Shown here in pieces: positions 13,246 to 23,790 of a stretch of DNA of 57,807 nucleotides (its first letter is position 1; each line of letters begins with the position of its first letter). Under the pieces are notes generated by a model that ran no database searches, was not told the origin of the DNA, and saw only the letters and a program-made list of their open reading frames with translations. This DNA comes from Hyphomicrobiales bacterium (GTDB lineage Bacteria; Pseudomonadota; Alphaproteobacteria; Rhizobiales; Aestuariivirgaceae): the NCBI GenBank assembly GCA_031365765.1, contig JANLYR010000303.1:1-57807 (forward strand), given 5' to 3'. A program made the translations under genes and the position numbers.

Positions 13246-14150
13246 TGGAGCGGATCGTCGTTGGCCTCATCGTATTGATGCTTGGCGGTGCGCAGAGCTT
13301 TGCTTCGGAGGCGGAGTGCCTGGAGTTGCATTACAAGGTTCTGGAAAAGCAGGCCGTAACGGACGGGCGGCAGCGCGACGAGTTTTTGTTTCAAGCGGCG
13401 GAAAAAGGTTGCATCGCCGTGGCGACCGACCTGATTGCAGCAGGCGCCAAGGCTCATGCCCGCAGGCGCGGTGGCGAAACCGTGTTGCATGTGGCGGCGG
13501 CGGCCGGCGAAACGGATATGGCGGAGCTTCTGCTCGACCACGGCGCAAATATGGAACGACGCGACATGCGGGGCGCCACCGCGCTCTTTATCGCAACCGA
13601 GGAAAAGCGCCGGGCAATGGTCAATCTGCTTCTCGCGCGCGGTGCCAAAGCGGGGGCTCCGGGGCGCTCCGACACCACGCCTCTCGCGGCCGCCGCATTC
13701 AACGGAAGTGTTCCACTGGTTGACATGCTCCTAGAGGCGGGGGCCGATCCCGATGCCGCCGATCAATCTGGCAAAACCCCGATTCTTTACGCGGCGGCCC
13801 GCGGTTTCAAGCCCATTGTCGAGCGCCTCCTGTCGGCCGGCGTCGATCCAAATCGCAGATATGCCCATGATCTCACATTGCTGATGTGGGCGGCTGGTCA
13901 TGCCAATGACGCTCCCGAGGATGACGGCATGACACTGGTGGAATTTCTTCTTGGAAAATCGGAGCGGATAAACGATGCCGATGATCGTGGCCGAACGGCT
14001 CTGATGATCGCCGCGGAATCGGGTCACGCCCAGATCGTCCGCCTACTGATTAAGCATGGAGCCGCGACCGGCACACTGGACAACGACGGCAACTCCGCAA
14101 ACGATCTGGCGCAAAACCCGGATGTGAAAGCGGCGCTCGCCGGACCGTAG
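13245..14150 (+). CDS. exported ankyrin-repeat protein
   Basis: Signal-like N-terminus (MERIVVGLIVLMLGGAQSFA); repeats GETVLHVAA, GATALFIA, DTTPLAAAA, GKTPILYAA, GRTALMIAA. ATG overlaps the mbfA stop (TGATG). Confidence 0.88.
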   Translation: MERIVVGLIVLMLGGAQSFASEAECLELHYKVLEKQAVTDGRQRDEFLFQAAEKGCIAVATDLIAAGAKAHARRRGGETVLHVAAAAGETDMAELLLDHGANMERRDMRGATALFIATEEKRRAMVNLLLARGAKAGAPGRSDTTPLAAAAFNGSVPLVDMLLEAGADPDAADQSGKTPILYAAARGFKPIVERLLSAGVDPNRRYAHDLTLLMWAAGHANDAPEDDGMTLVEFLLGKSERINDADDRGRTALMIAAESGHAQIVRLLIKHGAATGTLDNDGNSANDLAQNPDVKAALAGP

Positions 14151-14176
14151 TGACCCTTAGCGATGTTGTCGGGCGT

Positions 14177-14740
14177 CTAAAGCCCCGCCAGAAAGCGCGC
14201 CATGAGCTTCAGGTCCTCGTCGGAGAAGGTCTGCAGCAGATTGGACATATCGACATTGTTATTGCGCTTGCGGGTCTTGAAATCGATAATCGTTCGCTCG
14301 AGATAGGGCAGCGTCTGTCCGGCCAGCCGGGGAATGGCGCTATCCCCGAAATAGGTTCCAAGGTGACAGGAGGTGCACATGCCGGCCGTGCCGATGCTGT
14401 CACCCTTCGGGGTCTCGCTGGGATCCGAACTATATCCGGTTGCCGGCCACGGCTTTGCCGCGAAAAATTCCGCAAGCGCGAGCATATCCGCCTTTTCCAG
14501 TCCCGCGGCAATCGGACCCATGATTTCGCTTGCGCGGCTTTTCGATTTGAAATCCTTGAGCTGAAGATAAAGATATCCTGCGTGCTGTCCCCAGATATTG
14601 GGAACCTCGGGCATCTGCGGCTTGCCAACATCGCCATGGCAGGCAGCGCACACCGCCGCCTTGTCCTCGATCGTTTCCTGGGCCCGCGCGGGCACCAACA
14701 GTCCGGTCAAGGCAAGGATCACCAACAGCGCAAATCTCAT
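14177..14740 (-). CDS. periplasmic dihaem cytochrome c (c4-like)
   Basis: Signal peptide; two CxxCH motifs (CAACH, CTSCH); c4-type PNIWGQ and PRLAGQ; directly downstream of the PQQ dehydrogenase. Confidence 0.9.
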   Translation of the reverse strand: MRFALLVILALTGLLVPARAQETIEDKAAVCAACHGDVGKPQMPEVPNIWGQHAGYLYLQLKDFKSKSRASEIMGPIAAGLEKADMLALAEFFAAKPWPATGYSSDPSETPKGDSIGTAGMCTSCHLGTYFGDSAIPRLAGQTLPYLERTIIDFKTRKRNNNVDMSNLLQTFSDEDLKLMARFLAGL

Positions 14741-14770
14741 GGAACTCTCTCAACAGCCTATTGTGTAATG

Positions 14771-14800
14771 AAAAGCGGGGCCAAATGTTTCAGCCCCGCT
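14771..14800 (-). terminator. hairpin with short U-tract between the PQQ dehydrogenase and the cytochrome c gene
   Basis: AGCGGGGC (14774-14781) pairs with GCCCCGCT (14793-14800); T run follows on the minus strand. Confidence 0.6.
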
Positions 14801-14830
14801 GATTTATTTAACTGTCAGGTTCAGACGCGG

Positions 14831-16543
14831 TCAATCCGCCAGAGTGAAAGCAATAATCGAATTGCCCCGCTTGGAATTGATCTGCGCGTTGCCGCCCGCT
14901 CCGACCACAACATATTGCTGGCCATCGACGGAATAGGACGACGGCGGCGCATTGACGCCGGCTCCCGCCTGGAATTTCCACAGCATGGCGCCGGTGCCCG
15001 AGTCATAGGCCTTGAACAAACCGTTGGCCTCACCGGTGAATGCCAGCCCACCTGCCGTCGTCAGAACGCCGCCGATCATAGGCTGCGCGGTCTTCACCTG
15101 CCAGCGGATCTTGCCGGTATTGTAATCGACAGCCGTGATGTTGCCCCACTGTTCTTCCGTGGCGATTACCTTGAACGCGCCGCCGAGCCACAGCTTCGAG
15201 CCACCCGGATATGGCGAGCTTTCAACGTGGTAGGTCATCGGCTGATGGAGGTTGATCGCATAGACAAGTCCCTTCGACTCATCGACGCTCATCGGCGACC
15301 ATTCGACGCCGCCATTGGCGCCCGGCAGCATGCGTGAACCTTCCTTGGTCGGCAGCACCCACATATTCTCCTGCGGAATCATGGCCTCCGAAAACCGGAT
15401 AAGAGAACAGTCGTCGGCCTTATGCGTGTAAACGTGGCCGGTCTTGCCGCCATGCAGAACGCCTTTGACCATCTTGCCGTCTTTATCGGCGACCTGGGTA
15501 AGAATGGCCGGACTGACCGCGTCCAGATCCCACACGTCATGGGCAATATACTGGAAATGGCAGACATATTTGCCGGTGTCCAAATCGACCGCGATCAGCG
15601 AGTTGGTGTAGAGATTGTCGCCCGGGCGCAATGAGCCGTCGAGGTCGGGCGAGGGGTTGCCAGCGAGGAAATAGGCGCGGTTGGATTCAAGATCGATGGC
15701 CGGATTCTGCCAAACGCCGCCGCCCAGCGTCTTGTAAGGGTCTCCCTGCACCGCAAGCGCCGCCTTTTCCGCCGTGATGTCGCGATGCATGTCGCGGCCG
15801 GTTGCGTCATTGACCGCCCATACCCCAGTTGAATCCTCAGGCGTTGTGTTGAACGTCCAAAGATTCTGGCCCGTTTTGGCGTCGAAAGCCTTGAGGAATC
15901 CGCGGATACCGTATTCGCCACCGTTGGTGCCGATCAGTATCTTGCCGTTCACGGCGGTCGGCGCCATGGTTTCGGAATAGCCCAGTTCGGGATCGGCGAT
16001 CTGCTGTTCCCACACCAGTTTGCCGGTCTTGGCATCGAGCGCCACAAGCTTCGAGTCCAGCGTGCCCATATAGACCATGTCGCCCAGAACCGCGACGCCC
16101 CGATTGTTGGGGCCGCAGCAGTAAGTCGAGATCGGACCCAGCTTGTGCTTGTAGTGCCAGATCTGCTGGCCGGTGCGGGCATCGAGGGCATATACGTGAT
16201 TGAACGAGGTGGTTACATACATGATGCCCTCGACCACGATCGGCGTGGTTTCAAGGGATTCGGTCACTTCCGTCTGAAAAATCCAGGCTGGGCGCAGGTT
16301 GCGCACATTATTCGTATTGATCTGGCCGTTGGGATAAAACCGGGTCTGGTCGTAGTTGCCGTTGGTATGCAAGAAGTTGTTTCCGTCGCCTTTGGCGCGG
16401 TTCAGCAGGTCCTGGGATACGTCGGTCATGTCGCCGTAAAGCGTGCCGCCGCCGACTTCCTGTGCGTATCCGGGGAGGGCTGCCGCCATCAGCGCCGCCG
16501 CCGCCGTGCCGATATAAAGGGCACGCACTGTGTTCAATGTCAT
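14831..16543 (-). CDS. periplasmic PQQ-dependent dehydrogenase (type I, alcohol/methanol family), candidate lanthanide-dependent
   Basis: Signal peptide; tryptophan-docking repeats; vicinal CC ([10 protein letters not shown]); metal ligands GGEYG, GNP, HDVWDLD; PGANGGVEW; no cytochrome c domain. Confidence 0.92.
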   Translation of the reverse strand: MTLNTVRALYIGTAAAALMAAALPGYAQEVGGGTLYGDMTDVSQDLLNRAKGDGNNFLHTNGNYDQTRFYPNGQINTNNVRNLRPAWIFQTEVTESLETTPIVVEGIMYVTTSFNHVYALDARTGQQIWHYKHKLGPISTYCCGPNNRGVAVLGDMVYMGTLDSKLVALDAKTGKLVWEQQIADPELGYSETMAPTAVNGKILIGTNGGEYGIRGFLKAFDAKTGQNLWTFNTTPEDSTGVWAVNDATGRDMHRDITAEKAALAVQGDPYKTLGGGVWQNPAIDLESNRAYFLAGNPSPDLDGSLRPGDNLYTNSLIAVDLDTGKYVCHFQYIAHDVWDLDAVSPAILTQVADKDGKMVKGVLHGGKTGHVYTHKADDCSLIRFSEAMIPQENMWVLPTKEGSRMLPGANGGVEWSPMSVDESKGLVYAINLHQPMTYHVESSPYPGGSKLWLGGAFKVIATEEQWGNITAVDYNTGKIRWQVKTAQPMIGGVLTTAGGLAFTGEANGLFKAYDSGTGAMLWKFQAGAGVNAPPSSYSVDGQQYVVVGAGGNAQINSKRGNSIIAFTLAD

Positions 16544-16679
16544 TGGATATTCCTCCCTGATGCGAGCAAACCGAGTTCATTCACTGCCCCGTGCTGCTCT
16601 GAAAACAATGCTCGCTTGGCGAAGGTTTCGTCAAGATGTAAGTACCGGACCAGTGCTCAGACCGCCGGGAGAATTCCGT

Positions 16680-17663
16680 TTGCCGCTCAGGATTGCGTAT
16701 TTTTCCATAGGCACCTTGATCCTCGTTCTCTCGGCGCAGTGTGCGGCGGCAAAAGGAACAGGGTTGGTCTTCGTCGCGAACGAGAAAAGCAACAACATCA
16801 CCGTTCTTGACGGAAAACACAAAGTGGTGGAGTCGTTCCCTACCTGCGGCCGGCCGCGGGGGATGCATTTCACCGCAGACCACCAGGGGTTCTTTCTTGC
16901 CTGCGGCGACGATGATACCATCGCCGTCTACGACATTGCATCGCGGAAGCTGGTAAAGCGATTCCGCAACATTCCCGATCCCGAGACCTTCGACCTCCAT
17001 CCCGACGGGCGCCATCTCTATGCCTCGAATGAAGACGATGCGCTGGTCAGTGTGATCGACATTGAAACAGGCGAGGTCAAGGCCGAATTCCAAACCGGAG
17101 AGGAGCCGGAGGGCGTACTGATCACCGCCGACGGAAAGATCGCCTTTGCGACATCGGAAGCAGCGAACCTCGTGCATGTTATCGATACGCAAAGGGCCGA
17201 AGTCACCAAGGACATTGTAACGGGAACAAGGCCACGGCGCATGGCGTTGACACCCGACGGGCGGGAGCTTTGGGTTTCGGCGGAACTCTCCGGGATCGTC
17301 GACATCATCGATGTCGCAACCCTCACTTCGATCGGCAAGGTCGAATTCCTGCCCAAGGGCATGCGGCGCGACCAGGTGACGCCGGTCGATGTGCTGATCA
17401 CCAAGGACGGGACGAAAGCCTATGTGGCGCTCGGGCGCGCCAACCATGTGGCGGTGGTCGATGTGAAAACACGCTCGGTGATCGACTATCTGCTGGTGGG
17501 CAAGCGGCCCTGGGGTCTCCGGTTGAACCATGACGAGTCCCTCCTCTATGTCGCCAACGGCCTTTCAGACGACGTGACGATCCTGGATACCGCCAGCGAT
17601 ACCAGCCTCGTTTCTGTGCCCGTGGGCCAAGTTCCCTACGGGATGCTTATCGATGACGAGTGA
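16680..17663 (+). CDS. YVTN beta-propeller, PQQ-catabolism-associated (PedA2-like)
   Basis: Repeats FVANEKSN, GRPRG, PDPETF, GEEPEG, YVALGRAN, GKRPWG, YVANGLSD. Probable TTG start at 16680 after GGAGA; the open frame begins at 16530. Confidence 0.85.
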   Translation: MPLRIAYFSIGTLILVLSAQCAAAKGTGLVFVANEKSNNITVLDGKHKVVESFPTCGRPRGMHFTADHQGFFLACGDDDTIAVYDIASRKLVKRFRNIPDPETFDLHPDGRHLYASNEDDALVSVIDIETGEVKAEFQTGEEPEGVLITADGKIAFATSEAANLVHVIDTQRAEVTKDIVTGTRPRRMALTPDGRELWVSAELSGIVDIIDVATLTSIGKVEFLPKGMRRDQVTPVDVLITKDGTKAYVALGRANHVAVVDVKTRSVIDYLLVGKRPWGLRLNHDESLLYVANGLSDDVTILDTASDTSLVSVPVGQVPYGMLIDDE

Positions 17664-18897
17664 CTCAACAGGCATCGGGGGGAAAAGATGGAAAGCGCGC
17701 CAAGGTGCGTTGCGGACATGCCCCTATAAGTTCCTCGCGCTGGCACTCTGGCTGGCAGCTGTTGTGGCGAGCCCTGCTCTAGCTGTTTCCGCAGAGGCCG
17801 TCCCCATTACGATCATTTTTGTCGATCGGGCGGGCGATCCGTTTTACGCCCCCCGCGAAAGTTACGGCGGGATTTACGACGCGACACGGAAACCTGCGGT
17901 TCAAGGTGCAGAGCTTGGCATCAGGGACGTCCGGATCATCGGCAGGGCCATCGGCGCTTCGTTCGAACTGAGACGCGCGACCGCCGGTGAGAACGAGGAC
18001 ATCGCGGTTTTTGTCCACCAACTCATGGAGCGTGAGAAGCCCAGGGCTCTCATACTCGACCTCCCGGAAGGCGACACGATAGCGGTCGCCAGGGCATCCG
18101 GCCGTGACTTGGCTAAGTTCAATATTAGAAACCGCTCTCTGGATGTCCGCCAGGCAACCTGTGCCACTTCGCTGTTCCACGTTATTCCGAGCGACGCGAT
18201 GTTCAGCGACGCGTTGGCCCAATATTTGAAATTCATGGGCTGGGAGCAGATTCTTGTTCTCACGAGCGACTCGGCCGCCGACATTGTGCAAAGCGATACA
18301 TTTCAGGCTTCGGCGCGTAAATTCGGTATCACGGTGACTGATGTTCGCACCTACGTCCATGGAAACGATCCCCGTCAGCGCGACCAGAACAATGTCAAGC
18401 TGCTGACCGGCGGCGCCTATGATGCAATCTTTATTGCCGATGAAACCCGTGACTTTGCACGTCTCCTGCCTTATCGCACCATGAGCCCGAGGCCGGTTGT
18501 CGGCGCTGCGGGGCTCTTCACCCTGGCCTGGCATCCGCAGTGGGAAAGAAACGGCGCGCCGCAACTCAACCGGCGCTTTTTTAAATTGGCTGGGCGTACC
18601 ATGACCGAAGAGGACTGGGCGGCGTGGATCGCCGTTCGTACCGTGGCGGAAGCCACCGTCCGGGGCGGCACGGATGCGCCTCTCAGCGATCTGTTGCTCA
18701 AACCCGATCTCACACTCGAACTCTATAAAGGTTTTCCCGGCTCCTTCCGCACCTGGGACCGGCAGCTGCGCCAAGCCATCCTTCTTGCCACCACCGACAC
18801 GGTAATCGCGCTCGCGCCGGTCGAAGGCGCGCTCCACCAGTTCAATACCCTCGACACGCTGGGGTTAGACGAACCGGAATTCACCTGTCCCGGCTGA
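17653..18897 (+). CDS. ABC substrate-binding protein of PQQ alcohol-dehydrogenase systems (PedA1-like)
   Basis: FHVIPSDAMFSDALAQYL, DPRQRDQNN, AWHPQWERNGAPQLNRRF, SFRTWDRQLRQ, LDTLGLDEPE. Start uncertain. Confidence 0.85.
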   Translation: MTSDSTGIGGKRWKARQGALRTCPYKFLALALWLAAVVASPALAVSAEAVPITIIFVDRAGDPFYAPRESYGGIYDATRKPAVQGAELGIRDVRIIGRAIGASFELRRATAGENEDIAVFVHQLMEREKPRALILDLPEGDTIAVARASGRDLAKFNIRNRSLDVRQATCATSLFHVIPSDAMFSDALAQYLKFMGWEQILVLTSDSAADIVQSDTFQASARKFGITVTDVRTYVHGNDPRQRDQNNVKLLTGGAYDAIFIADETRDFARLLPYRTMSPRPVVGAAGLFTLAWHPQWERNGAPQLNRRFFKLAGRTMTEEDWAAWIAVRTVAEATVRGGTDAPLSDLLLKPDLTLELYKGFPGSFRTWDRQLRQAILLATTDTVIALAPVEGALHQFNTLDTLGLDEPEFTCPG

Positions 18898-18901
18898 TCG
18901 T

Positions 18902-18956
18902 TTCGCAGTTGCGAATTGGGAACATTGTTGACACTCCCTTGCAATGCGATCAGTCT
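18902..18956 (+). promoter_or_regulatory. putative sigma70 promoter for the fdn-sel operon with an upstream inverted repeat
   Basis: TTGACA (18928-18933), 17 nt, CAGTCT (18951-18956); palindrome TTCGCA-GT-TGCGAA at 18902-18915. Confidence 0.4.
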
Positions 18957-19027
18957 TTTGACCCGAACCGTGCAGTCCTTCCAGAATCAAAACGATCATG
19001 GACTTGCGGGTGATGAGGAGGAACGCA

Positions 19028-22000
19028 ATGAACATGCAATTGTCACGGCGTCAGTTCATGAAGCTGACGGGTGCCGGTGCGGCCGGTTCGATTATCGGCT
19101 CGTTGGGGTTTGGCGGTCTTGAAGACGCGGTGGCGCAATCGGTCCGCCCGTTTAAGCTGGCCCGCACGACCGAGACCCGCAATACCTGCCCTTATTGCTC
19201 GGTGAGCTGCGGCGTCATCCTCTATTCCCTCGGCGACAAGTCGAAGAACACAAAATCCGAGATCATCCATATCGAAGGGGATCCCGACAATCCCGTCAAT
19301 CGCGGCACGCTGTGCCCGAAAGGTGCGGGCCTTCTCGATTTTGTCACCGCCAAAACCCGTCTCAAGCATCCAATGCACCGGAAACCTGGCTCCGACAAGT
19401 TCGAACAGGTTTCGTGGGACTTCGCCATGGAGCGGATCGCACGGCTCATGAAGGACGACCGCGACCGCAATTTCCAGGTAACCAACAAGGACGGGACGAC
19501 CGTCAACCGCTGGCCGACCGTAGGTTTTCTCGCAGGTTGCGCCGCCACTAACGAGACAGGCTGGATCACCCACAAGGTGGTGCGCGGTCTGGGTATCATC
19601 CAGGTCGACAACCAGGCTCGCATCTGACACGGACCGACGGTGGCCAGTCTGGCCCCGACATTCGGCCGCGGTGCGATGACGAACAGCTGGATCGACATCA
19701 AAAATGCCGACGTTATCCTGATCATGGGAGGCAATGCCGCCGAAGCGCATCCTTGCGGCTTCAAATGGGTTACGGAAGCAAAGGCGCATAACGCGGCCAA
19801 GCTCATCGTCGTAGATCCGCGCTTCACGCGTTCGGCTTCGGTCGCCGACCTTTATTGCCCGATCAGGGCGGGAACCGACATCACTTTCCTGTTGGGCGCC
19901 ATCAACTACCTGATCTCCAATGGCAAGCTGCACCGCGAATATATCAAGTCCTTCACCAACGCCTCGTATGTCGTGAAAGAAGGCTACGATTTCAACGCGG
20001 AGGAAGGACTGTTCTCCGGCTACAACGCGGAAAAGCGGTCCTATGTGCGCGACTTATGGGAATACGAGATGGATCCCGCCACTGGTTTCGCGGTGCGCGA
20101 TCCTTCCTTTGCCAATCCCCGCTCGGTATTCCAACTCCTGAAGAAACATGTCGAGCGCTACACGCCGGAAATGGTCGAGCGCATCTGCGGAAGTCCCAAG
20201 GAAAAGTTCCTCGAAGTGTGCGGCCATATCGCGTCAACCGCCAATGGCGAACGGGTCATGACTTCGCTCTACGCGCTGGGCTGGACCCAGCATTCGACGG
20301 GATCTCAGAATATCCGCTCGATGGCGATGATCCAGCTTTTGTGCGGCAACATCGGCATCCCCGGGGGCGGCGTCAACGCGCTTCGCGGCCATTCGAACGT
20401 TCAAGGTTTCACCGATCTCGGCCTGCTATCGAATTCGATGCCGGGCTATCTTGCGATGCCGTCCGATGCCGAAGGGACATTCACCACTTACATCAACAAC
20501 CGCGACTTCAAACCGCTGCAGGAAAACCAGATCAGCTACTGGCAGAACTACAAGAAGTTCTTCGTCAGTCACCTGAAGTCTATGTATGGCAAATACGCGA
20601 CAGCGGAGAACGATTTCGGTTACGAGTGGCTGCCGAAATATGACGGTGCCTACGATACGCTGAAGCAGTTCGACCTGATGTTCCACGGCAAGATCAACGG
20701 ATACGTATGCCAGGGCTTCAACCCACTGATGTCGGTGCCCAACAAGGCCAAGACCGCGGCGGCGCTAGCCAAGCTTAAGTTCCTGGTGACCATCGATCCG
20801 CTCGACACCGAAACCTCGCGTTTCTGGGAAAGCCACGGCGAGTTCAACGTCGCCGACCCTGCGGCGATTCAAACCGAGGTGTTCCAGTTGCCGACGACGT
20901 GTTTTGCCGAGGAGGACGGCTCCTACACCAACTCAAGCCGGACAATCCAATGGCACTGGAAAGCGGCCGATCCCCCGGGCGAAGCCCGCGGCGACGCCGA
21001 AATCATGGCCGACTTGTTCCTGCGCATCAAGAACCTCTACAAGGCCGAAGGCGGTTCGCGGCCCGATCCGATCTATTATACGGATTGGAACTACGCCCAG
21101 CCGTTCAGTCCCAACGCCGATGAGTTGTTGCGGGAGATCAATGGCAAGGCGCTTGTCGATCTGCCCGATCCGGCCGACGCTACCAAAACAATCAAGAAAG
21201 CGGGCGAACTGCTTGACGGCTTCGCGCAGCTGCGCGACGACGGCACTACGGCCGGTGGGTGCTGGATCTATTCCGGTGCCTATACCGAGGCTGGCAATCT
21301 GACGACGCGGCGCGACACCGCCGATCCCTCCGGTCTCGGCATCTATCCCAAGTGGGGTTTCACTTGGCCCGCCAACCGGCGCATCCTCTACAATCGCGCG
21401 TCGGCCGATGCTTCCGGAAAACCCTGGAGCGCGCGCAAGAAATTCGTCGAGTGGAATGGTACCAAATGGGTGAGCCCGGATGTGCCTGATTTCCCGGCAA
21501 CTTTGGCGCCCGACAAAAATGCCGGCCCCTTTATCATGAATGCCGAAGGGGTCGGAAAGCTATGGGTGAGGAAAGCCATGTCGGATGGTCCTTTCCCTGA
21601 GCATTACGAGCCGTTTGAAACACCGGTCGGCAATGTTTTGCACGAGAAGACCATCTCCAACCCGGTGTCCCGGCTTCTCAAGGGCGACGCGGAGGCGTTC
21701 GGCAAGGCGGATGCGTTCCCCTATGTGGCGACAACCTATCGCCTCACCGAGCACTTCCACTACTGGACGAAGCACTCCAGGATCAATGCCATCCTGCAGC
21801 CAGAACTTTTTGTCGAAATCTCGGAGAACCTGGCCAAGGAAAAAGGCATCGCCAATGGTTCAATGGTTCAGGTTTCGTCGAACCGGGGTTCGCTGAAGGC
21901 GAGGGCGGTGGTCACCAAGCGCATTCCGACCCTCACTATCGATGGAAAAACCGTGCATACCGTCGGCATCCCGATCCATTGGGGCTTCATCGGCGAGGCA

Positions 22001-22114
22001 AGGAAAGGTGGCGGCGTTAATATGCTGACCCCGTTTGTGGGCGATGCCAATGTCAACACGCCTGAATACAAAGCGTTCCTGGTCAATATCGAACCTGTCG
22101 CGGCATCGGTTTAG
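19028..22114 (+). CDS. fdnG: formate dehydrogenase-N/O alpha subunit, selenoprotein (Sec at TGA 19625-19627)
   Basis: Track ORFs 18998-19627 and 19640-22114 are in the same frame and join as [26 protein letters not shown]. Tat signal [16 protein letters not shown] cluster, [10 protein letters not shown]; GAGGAGG before ATG 19028. Confidence 0.96.
19639..19656 (+). promoter_or_regulatory. bacterial SECIS element
   Basis: GG-U-GGCC-AGUCU-GGCC-CC begins exactly 11 nt after the UGA, with a bulged U and a GU-containing loop, like the E. coli fdnG/fdhF SECIS. Confidence 0.9.
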
Positions 22115-22125
22115 GGAGAACGGTC

Positions 22126-23025
22126 ATGGCATCACTGCAATCCCTCGACCTCAAGCGCCGCTCGGCTTCTACGTTCACGCCCCCCACGGTCCGGGAGACG
22201 CTGGAAGTTGCCAAGCTGATCGATGTGTCCAAATGCATCGGCTGCAAGGCCTGCCAGTCCGCTTGCCTCGAATGGAATGACCTTCGCGAAGAAGTGGGCA
22301 TCAACACCGGTGTTTATGACAACCCGCATGATCTGTCGCCTGCCAGCTGGACGCTGATGCGCTTCACTGAATGGGAAAATCCCGAGACCAACAATCTCGA
22401 ATGGCTGATTCGCAAAGATGGCTGCATGCATTGCGAGGATCCGGGCTGTCTCAAGGCGTGTCCGGCGCCCGGCGCCATCGTGCAGTATTCCAATGGCATC
22501 GTCGACTTCATCTCGGAAAGCTGCATCGGCTGCGGTTACTGCGTCAAGGGTTGCCCTTTCAACATCCCTCGCATTTCCCAGGCCGATCACAAGGCCTACA
22601 AATGCTCGCTCTGCGTCGACCGGGTGTCAGTGGGCCAGGCACCGGCTTGCGCCAAATCCTGCCCCACGCAGGCTATTTCTTTCGGTTCCAAGGAGGACAT
22701 GATCGACCTCGCGGCCGAACGTGTCGTCGATCTCAAGTCCCGAGGGTTTGCCAATGCCGGGTTGTATAATCCCCCAGGCGTTGGAGGTACACATGTCATG
22801 TATGTGCTGCATCACGCCGACAAGCCGGAAATCTATGCGGGGCTTCCCAACAATCCTACGATCAGCCCGCTGGTGGAAGCTTGGAAAGGCGTGACGAAAT
22901 ATGCCGGCATGGCGGCGATCGCCACTTTCGCCGTGCTCGGTTTCTTCCACTACGTGGTGAACGGTCCCAACCGGGTGAGCGGCGAGGATGAAGACAATGC
23001 CGAAAAACTGCGGCGGGAGGCATAG
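22126..23025 (+). CDS. fdnH: formate dehydrogenase beta (4x[4Fe-4S]) subunit
   Basis: [52 protein letters not shown]; C-terminal transmembrane helix. Confidence 0.95.
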   Translation: MASLQSLDLKRRSASTFTPPTVRETLEVAKLIDVSKCIGCKACQSACLEWNDLREEVGINTGVYDNPHDLSPASWTLMRFTEWENPETNNLEWLIRKDGCMHCEDPGCLKACPAPGAIVQYSNGIVDFISESCIGCGYCVKGCPFNIPRISQADHKAYKCSLCVDRVSVGQAPACAKSCPTQAISFGSKEDMIDLAAERVVDLKSRGFANAGLYNPPGVGGTHVMYVLHHADKPEIYAGLPNNPTISPLVEAWKGVTKYAGMAAIATFAVLGFFHYVVNGPNRVSGEDEDNAEKLRREA

Positions 23026-23787
23026 ATGAAACGCCCTCCGGCCACGAAGTCAAAACCGGCAAACAGCGCGGCCGCCAAGCGCCGACGCATGGACAGCACG
23101 CCGCCCATGCTGACGCGGACGGACACGCCCTCGGTGCTCGAAGAATCCTACGCTGTGTCGCGCTACACGCCGCTGGCACGCATCAATCACTGGATCACCG
23201 CCGGCAGCCTCATTCTGCTCGCTCTCAGCGGCCTTTCCCTGTACCACCCGAGCCTGTTCTTTCTCACCGATCTGTTCGGGGGTGGCGAAAATGCCAGGGC
23301 CATTCATCCCTGGTTCGGCGTGGTTCTTGCCATTGGTTTTCTTGGACTTTTCGTCCGCTTCTTCCGGCTGAATTTGTGGGAGAGAAATGACAGCGTCTGG
23401 CTTGGCCGCATCCGCACGGTTCTCCGCGGCCGCGAAGAGGGGCTGCCGGAACTGGGCAAATACAATGCTGGGCAGAAGCTGGTATTCTGGATGCAGTCGA
23501 TCCTGATCGTGATCCTGATGATTTCGGGGCTGGGCCTGTGGGAAATCTATTTCGGCAGCACTTTCGACATTGAGCAGAAACGCTGGTCGGCGCTGGTTCA
23601 TTCGATCGCCGCGATTGCCATCATCCTGGTGTGGATCGTTCATGTCTATGCGGCGATCTGGGTCAGGGGAACAGTGCGCGGCATGATGCACGGCGATGTT
23701 TCCGGGGGCTGGGCCTGGCGCCATCACCGGCGCTGGCTGCGCGATGTGGTGTCCAGCGACCACAAGACGAAACCGGCGCCCGAATAG
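23026..23787 (+). CDS. fdnI: formate dehydrogenase gamma (cytochrome b) subunit
   Basis: RINHW, IHPWFG, GKYNAGQK, VHS..VHVY, WAWRHH; about 40-aa basic N-terminal extension if ATG 23026 is the start. Confidence 0.93.
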   Translation: MKRPPATKSKPANSAAAKRRRMDSTPPMLTRTDTPSVLEESYAVSRYTPLARINHWITAGSLILLALSGLSLYHPSLFFLTDLFGGGENARAIHPWFGVVLAIGFLGLFVRFFRLNLWERNDSVWLGRIRTVLRGREEGLPELGKYNAGQKLVFWMQSILIVILMISGLGLWEIYFGSTFDIEQKRWSALVHSIAAIAIILVWIVHVYAAIWVRGTVRGMMHGDVSGGWAWRHHRRWLRDVVSSDHKTKPAPE

Positions 23788-23790
23788 AGC

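Noticed and set aside
14831-16543. Naming the PQQ enzyme xoxF, mxaF, exaF or pedH
   Set aside because: Active-site flanking motifs differ and there are no xoxG/xoxJ/mxaI-like neighbours; left unnamed.
18998-19627. Apparent separate 209-aa gene or fdnG pseudogene
   Set aside because: The TGA is a Sec codon: the frame continues, a SECIS follows and selABCD are present.
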